Shown: positions 60,403-64,000 of the stretch, one piece after another
How the letters are laid out: each line of letters opens with the position of its first letter
Position numbering within the stretch: position 1 is the first letter of the stretch
Notes under the pieces: model-generated
What the model saw: only the letters and a program-made list of their open reading frames with translations
Database searches by the model: none
Told to the model about the DNA's origin: nothing
Made by a program: the position numbers and the translations under genes
Source: Vulcanimicrobiota bacterium
GTDB taxonomy: Bacteria > Vulcanimicrobiota > Vulcanimicrobiia > Vulcanimicrobiales > Vulcanimicrobiaceae
Direction: 5' to 3'
NCBI GenBank assembly: GCA_963714015.1
Contig: OY970223.1
Span: 640,001 to 704,000 of the forward strand
DNA: 64,000 bases

Positions 60403-63400
60403 TCAGAAAAGTCTCTGATAGAGGAAGGTAAAACCAGTAGTGCCCTGCACAGCCTGCCCTGCCGTAACGCGCGGGTTGGTGGAGACCGTGACAACGGGGC
60501 TCGTGATCAGCGGGGTGGGGCCTTGCTGGACGAACATGGTGAACTGCACCGAGGTCAAGGCGTTGGGCTCGTAATCGAAGCCGAACGTCTGGCGAATCGG
60601 AATGCCGAACGTCGTGCCGTAGAGCGCGTAGAAGTCCTGGCCGAGCAGGCGCCTGGCAGCCACCCCGACGTTCCCGGTGTAGTCGACCGTAAGATTGACG
60701 TCCGAGAGGCCGAGCGTGTTGCCGAGCGCCGTCTCAACCGGCGAAAGCAGTCCTGCCGCAAACTGGGCATTGAGAATGTTGAAGGCTTCCTGCCCGACAG
60801 TCAGCGTGCCGTTCTCCCTCCGGACCAAGATGCTCGGCAGGAGCGCGCCCGTGCCCGGCTGGGGAGCGCCGTTGAGCTGGCCGGCCGGCAGGATCACTCC
60901 GGTGTCCGTAAACTGAATCGGTCCAACCAAACCGCCCAATGGGAGCAGCAGGGCAATGATCTGCTGATCGGTATAGCCGGGCGGATCGGAGGTGAAGGTC
61001 GAGCTTCGGATTGCCGACCGAGCCGCTGACCGTGACGGTAATGTCGGCGCTTCCGGTGGGATTTCGGGTGATATCCGGATCCGGATCGGTCACGTGCGTG
61101 GTTCCGACTGCGAAGATGTCCGGGACGACGCCGTTGGCGGGATCGAACGTCACCCTTCCCGTCTGCACGCGGAATGCATGATCGATGTAGGTCAGCGTCC
61201 CGCCGGCCGAATTGAATTGTCCCGCCAGGGCCGGATGCTGCAGCGAGCCCGTTAAGTGCGCTCGGCCTTCGCCCGAAATGTCCAAGCCGAAGAGGCCGAC
61301 GCCGCCGCCACGCACTCGCACGTTGCGCCCGGCGACGATGTTCAAATCGAAGCCGAGATTGAAGGGCGGCCCCGCCGGCGCTGCGCCGCCCGGTCCTGCG
61401 CCGAACTGCATGAACGTATTGAACGGCAGCACCGCATCCGAAATGCGCGCAGTTCCGTCGAGCAATGCTAACGCGCCGTTGGAACGGTGCAATCGCAGCG
61501 ACGCATCGAACGTACCGGCTCCGTACTGCGGCAAGCTCAGCTGCGCACCGACGCTGGTGAGGGCGATTGCATAGGAAAGAGGACCGCCGTGAAGACCGCT
61601 GCCGAAGTCGAGCGATCCCCTACCGTTCACCGTTCCGTTTCCGAGCTGAGCGTGTAAACGATCGAGCGTAGCGTGCGTTCCTCCGAACGTGAGTTGCGCA
61701 ACGGTATTCGTGATCGGAATCGTCTCGAGCGAGCTGACGTAGTTCACGTTGGCCGCCGCGAGCTGTCCGAAGATGCGTGGTGAGCCGACGGTGCCGCTGA
61801 TGCCGACGTGTCCGCTCAGAACGCCGCCGAGTTTCGTATTACTGCCGAGCAGCGGACCGAACGCGGAAAGATCGACGTTTTGACCGATTAGATCCATGGA
61901 GATCGGCGCCGCCGCAGGACCGATGGAGAAGGGCTGCAGCTGCAGTGGAAGCGCGCCGGCGATCGATGCGGTGCCTCGCGCGAACGTGAACTCCGCATTG
62001 CGTACCACCAAGTCGCGACGGTGCAGCTCGAGCTGACCGGTCATGGACGGAATGGCAATCCCGAATGCATTCACCCCGGTTGCGTCGATGCCGGCCGAGA
62101 GTGTGGGCTGCTTGAACGATCCGCCGATCGAGAGCGTCGTTTCAAATCGCCCGGCAAGGTCCAAATGTTTCTTGGAGACTTGCGCCACCAGGCGCGGCAA
62201 ATCGTTCGTGACCGCATGGATTTGCACGTGCATCGCCGAGGCAGGCGTCAATCCGAAATCACCGGAGCCCGTCGCCTGCAGCGACGACAATCCGAAGACC
62301 AGATTCGTAATTTGAATACGATCGCCGGGCGCCGTGCGCGCGGAGACTTCGGCTTGCTCGATAGCCAGCGGCCCGATAGTTCCGTCGTGAATCGAAGCGT
62401 TGCCCGTTACCGCGATGTGCGGATAACTTCCGCGAATTTGGGCCGCGCCGGCGATGCGCCCGGTCAGCGGCAACTGCGGAAACCCCATCGCAGGAAGCCA
62501 GGTGGTCAGACTGACGTCGCTTAGGGACGCATTGATGTTGTAGCGCGAATGCGCGATAACGCCCGACAGCCCCGATGCGGAAGCCAGGCCAATCGTGCCG
62601 GACGCGGCGAGCTGACCTTGATCGCCGCCGACGCGCACGCGGCCCTGCACCACGTTGCGAACTCCGGTCCAATCGGCGAGGGTGTCCCCGATCGGAAAAT
62701 CCTTGTAGCGCATACCCTTCACGTCGATGTCGCCCGAAGTGAACGTCAGGTTCGCGAAGTGCGAGAACTGAATCGCGATGGGCCCTTCTCCCGCGAGCGT
62801 ATCGCCCGTGTTGAAGTAGTCGTTGAAGTCGGCGAGATCGGCATGCGGCGATCGTAAGGAAAACGCTGCTCGTCCTTGGTGACGGTCGCCGCGAACTGCG
62901 CCGTCGTGCTTCCGACTTGCACCGAGGCGTGCTGCACCGATGCACCGCCCGGACTGACCGAAATCTGCGCGAACGCGTCCCGGAATCCCAAACCGTTGAT
63001 CTCACCAACGGGCACTGCGACCGAGCCGTGCACGGTGGGATCGGTGCCGTGGCCGCCGATGCGCACGTGGCCTTCGAAGCTTCCGTCTGCGTTGAAAGCC
63101 GGTGCGCGGGCAAGCGCGGCCATTGGCGCAATTTGCCCAATTGGCACGTCGGCCGCGATGTCGTATGAAGGAACGCCCGCCGCAAGATCGCCGATCGTAC
63201 CGTCGACCGACGCAAAGGTATTGCCCAGTCCCGCAAGTGCATCGCGAACGCGCAGCGTATCGCCCGCTATGGCGATTTCCGCCGTCGTTTCGAACGGACC
63301 GTAGCCGGCGGCGCTGCCGTGCTGCAATACGACGCCGGCATCTACGCCCGGGATCGCGGCTCCGGGGCTCAGTGCGCCGATCGCGCGCAGCGTTCCGTGC

Positions 63401-64000
63401 GCGATGGGCACTCCGAATCCGCCGTGCAGTGCCGCAGCATCGAGCGCGCTGGTGGCTAACGCCAAACGCGTCGGCCGCGAGGACGGGCCGGTCGCGAACG
63501 ATCCGGCGGCCACGACTGTACCGCCCGCTGCCGCAGCCTTCATTCCGTAGACGCGCAGCACGTTGTTGTCGAACTCCATCGTTCCGCTCAGGCGCTGCAC
63601 GGGAATGCCGTGCATCGTCGCGTTCTGCAGTATTGCGTTTTGCGCCTGGACGTAAATCTTGTTCTGCGCGATCGCGATGCCCATCGTGCCGCTGATCCCG
63701 CCGTGTAAGGGGAACGTGCCCAGAAACATGGTGCAGCTCTCGAACGATCCGTTGTAGTTTCCGCGCGCCGCGATGACGTTGGGCGCAAACGTCCCGGTGC
63801 CGTTGAACGTTCCCCATGGACCGTCGGCGTGCACGCGGCTGATCTGCGATGCGGCAAACGGGCCGGCGAAATGCGCGTCGATCGTATCGAACGGCACACC
63901 GGCGATCTTCGCGGGCGACATCAGCGCCGATCCGCCGATGACCACATCGCGCGCGGATCCGGTTCCCGCCAGATTCGCGCTGACTACTCGCGCGTCCATC
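60403..64000 (-). CDS. tamB: TamB/AsmA-like translocation and assembly module protein, 5' partial; frameshifts near 62860 and 60995
   Basis: Long G-rich beta-taco-like repeats; DUF490-like C-terminus (G...P.L.FTSDPP.Y..QQI.ALL); immediately upstream of bamA. Confidence 0.85.

Overview
High-GC, gene-dense bacterial chromosomal segment, mostly core genes. It comes from a diderm Terrabacteria-type organism; gene content suggests Candidatus Eremiobacterota/Vulcanimicrobiota, which is an inference I did not verify. Left to right: a GGDEF gene; an M23 peptidase, a lipoprotein and two tandem S41 proteases; RNase E/G; a small accessory patch (degenerate GGDEF, cupin, Imm26-LRR fusion, methyltransferase); rodA and minC-minD-minD-minE, separated by an antisense PD-(D/E)xK nuclease-like gene; an M48 protease; a TonB-dependent receptor with two regulators; a MoxR/DUF58/DUF4350/DUF4129/RDD/SpoIIM cluster; dnaX-ybaB-recR; recQ; and a ~21 kb outer-membrane cluster (tamB-bamA-3x ompH-lpxD-lpxC-fabZ-lpxA-lpxB-metallophosphoesterase-LpxB-like GT-O-antigen ligase-lptC-lptB-lptFG-DUF3084-ruvX). 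About eleven frameshifts, nearly all net +1 and some in normally essential genes, are best read as sequencing errors. No rRNA, tRNA, CRISPR array or transposase was seen. The best novel lead is the lipid A cluster. It has no recognisable lpxH/lpxI/lpxK/waaA, but lpxB is coupled to a 5'-nucleotidase-like metallophosphoesterase carrying an LpxH-type GNR(D/E) motif, followed by an orphan GT-B enzyme and WaaL, which may be a non-canonical lipid A/core pathway. Other leads are the orphan Imm26-LRR fusion, the intact duplicated minD with a perfect DnaA box upstream of minC, and a RecQ ending in a PcrA/UvrD-like Tudor domain.
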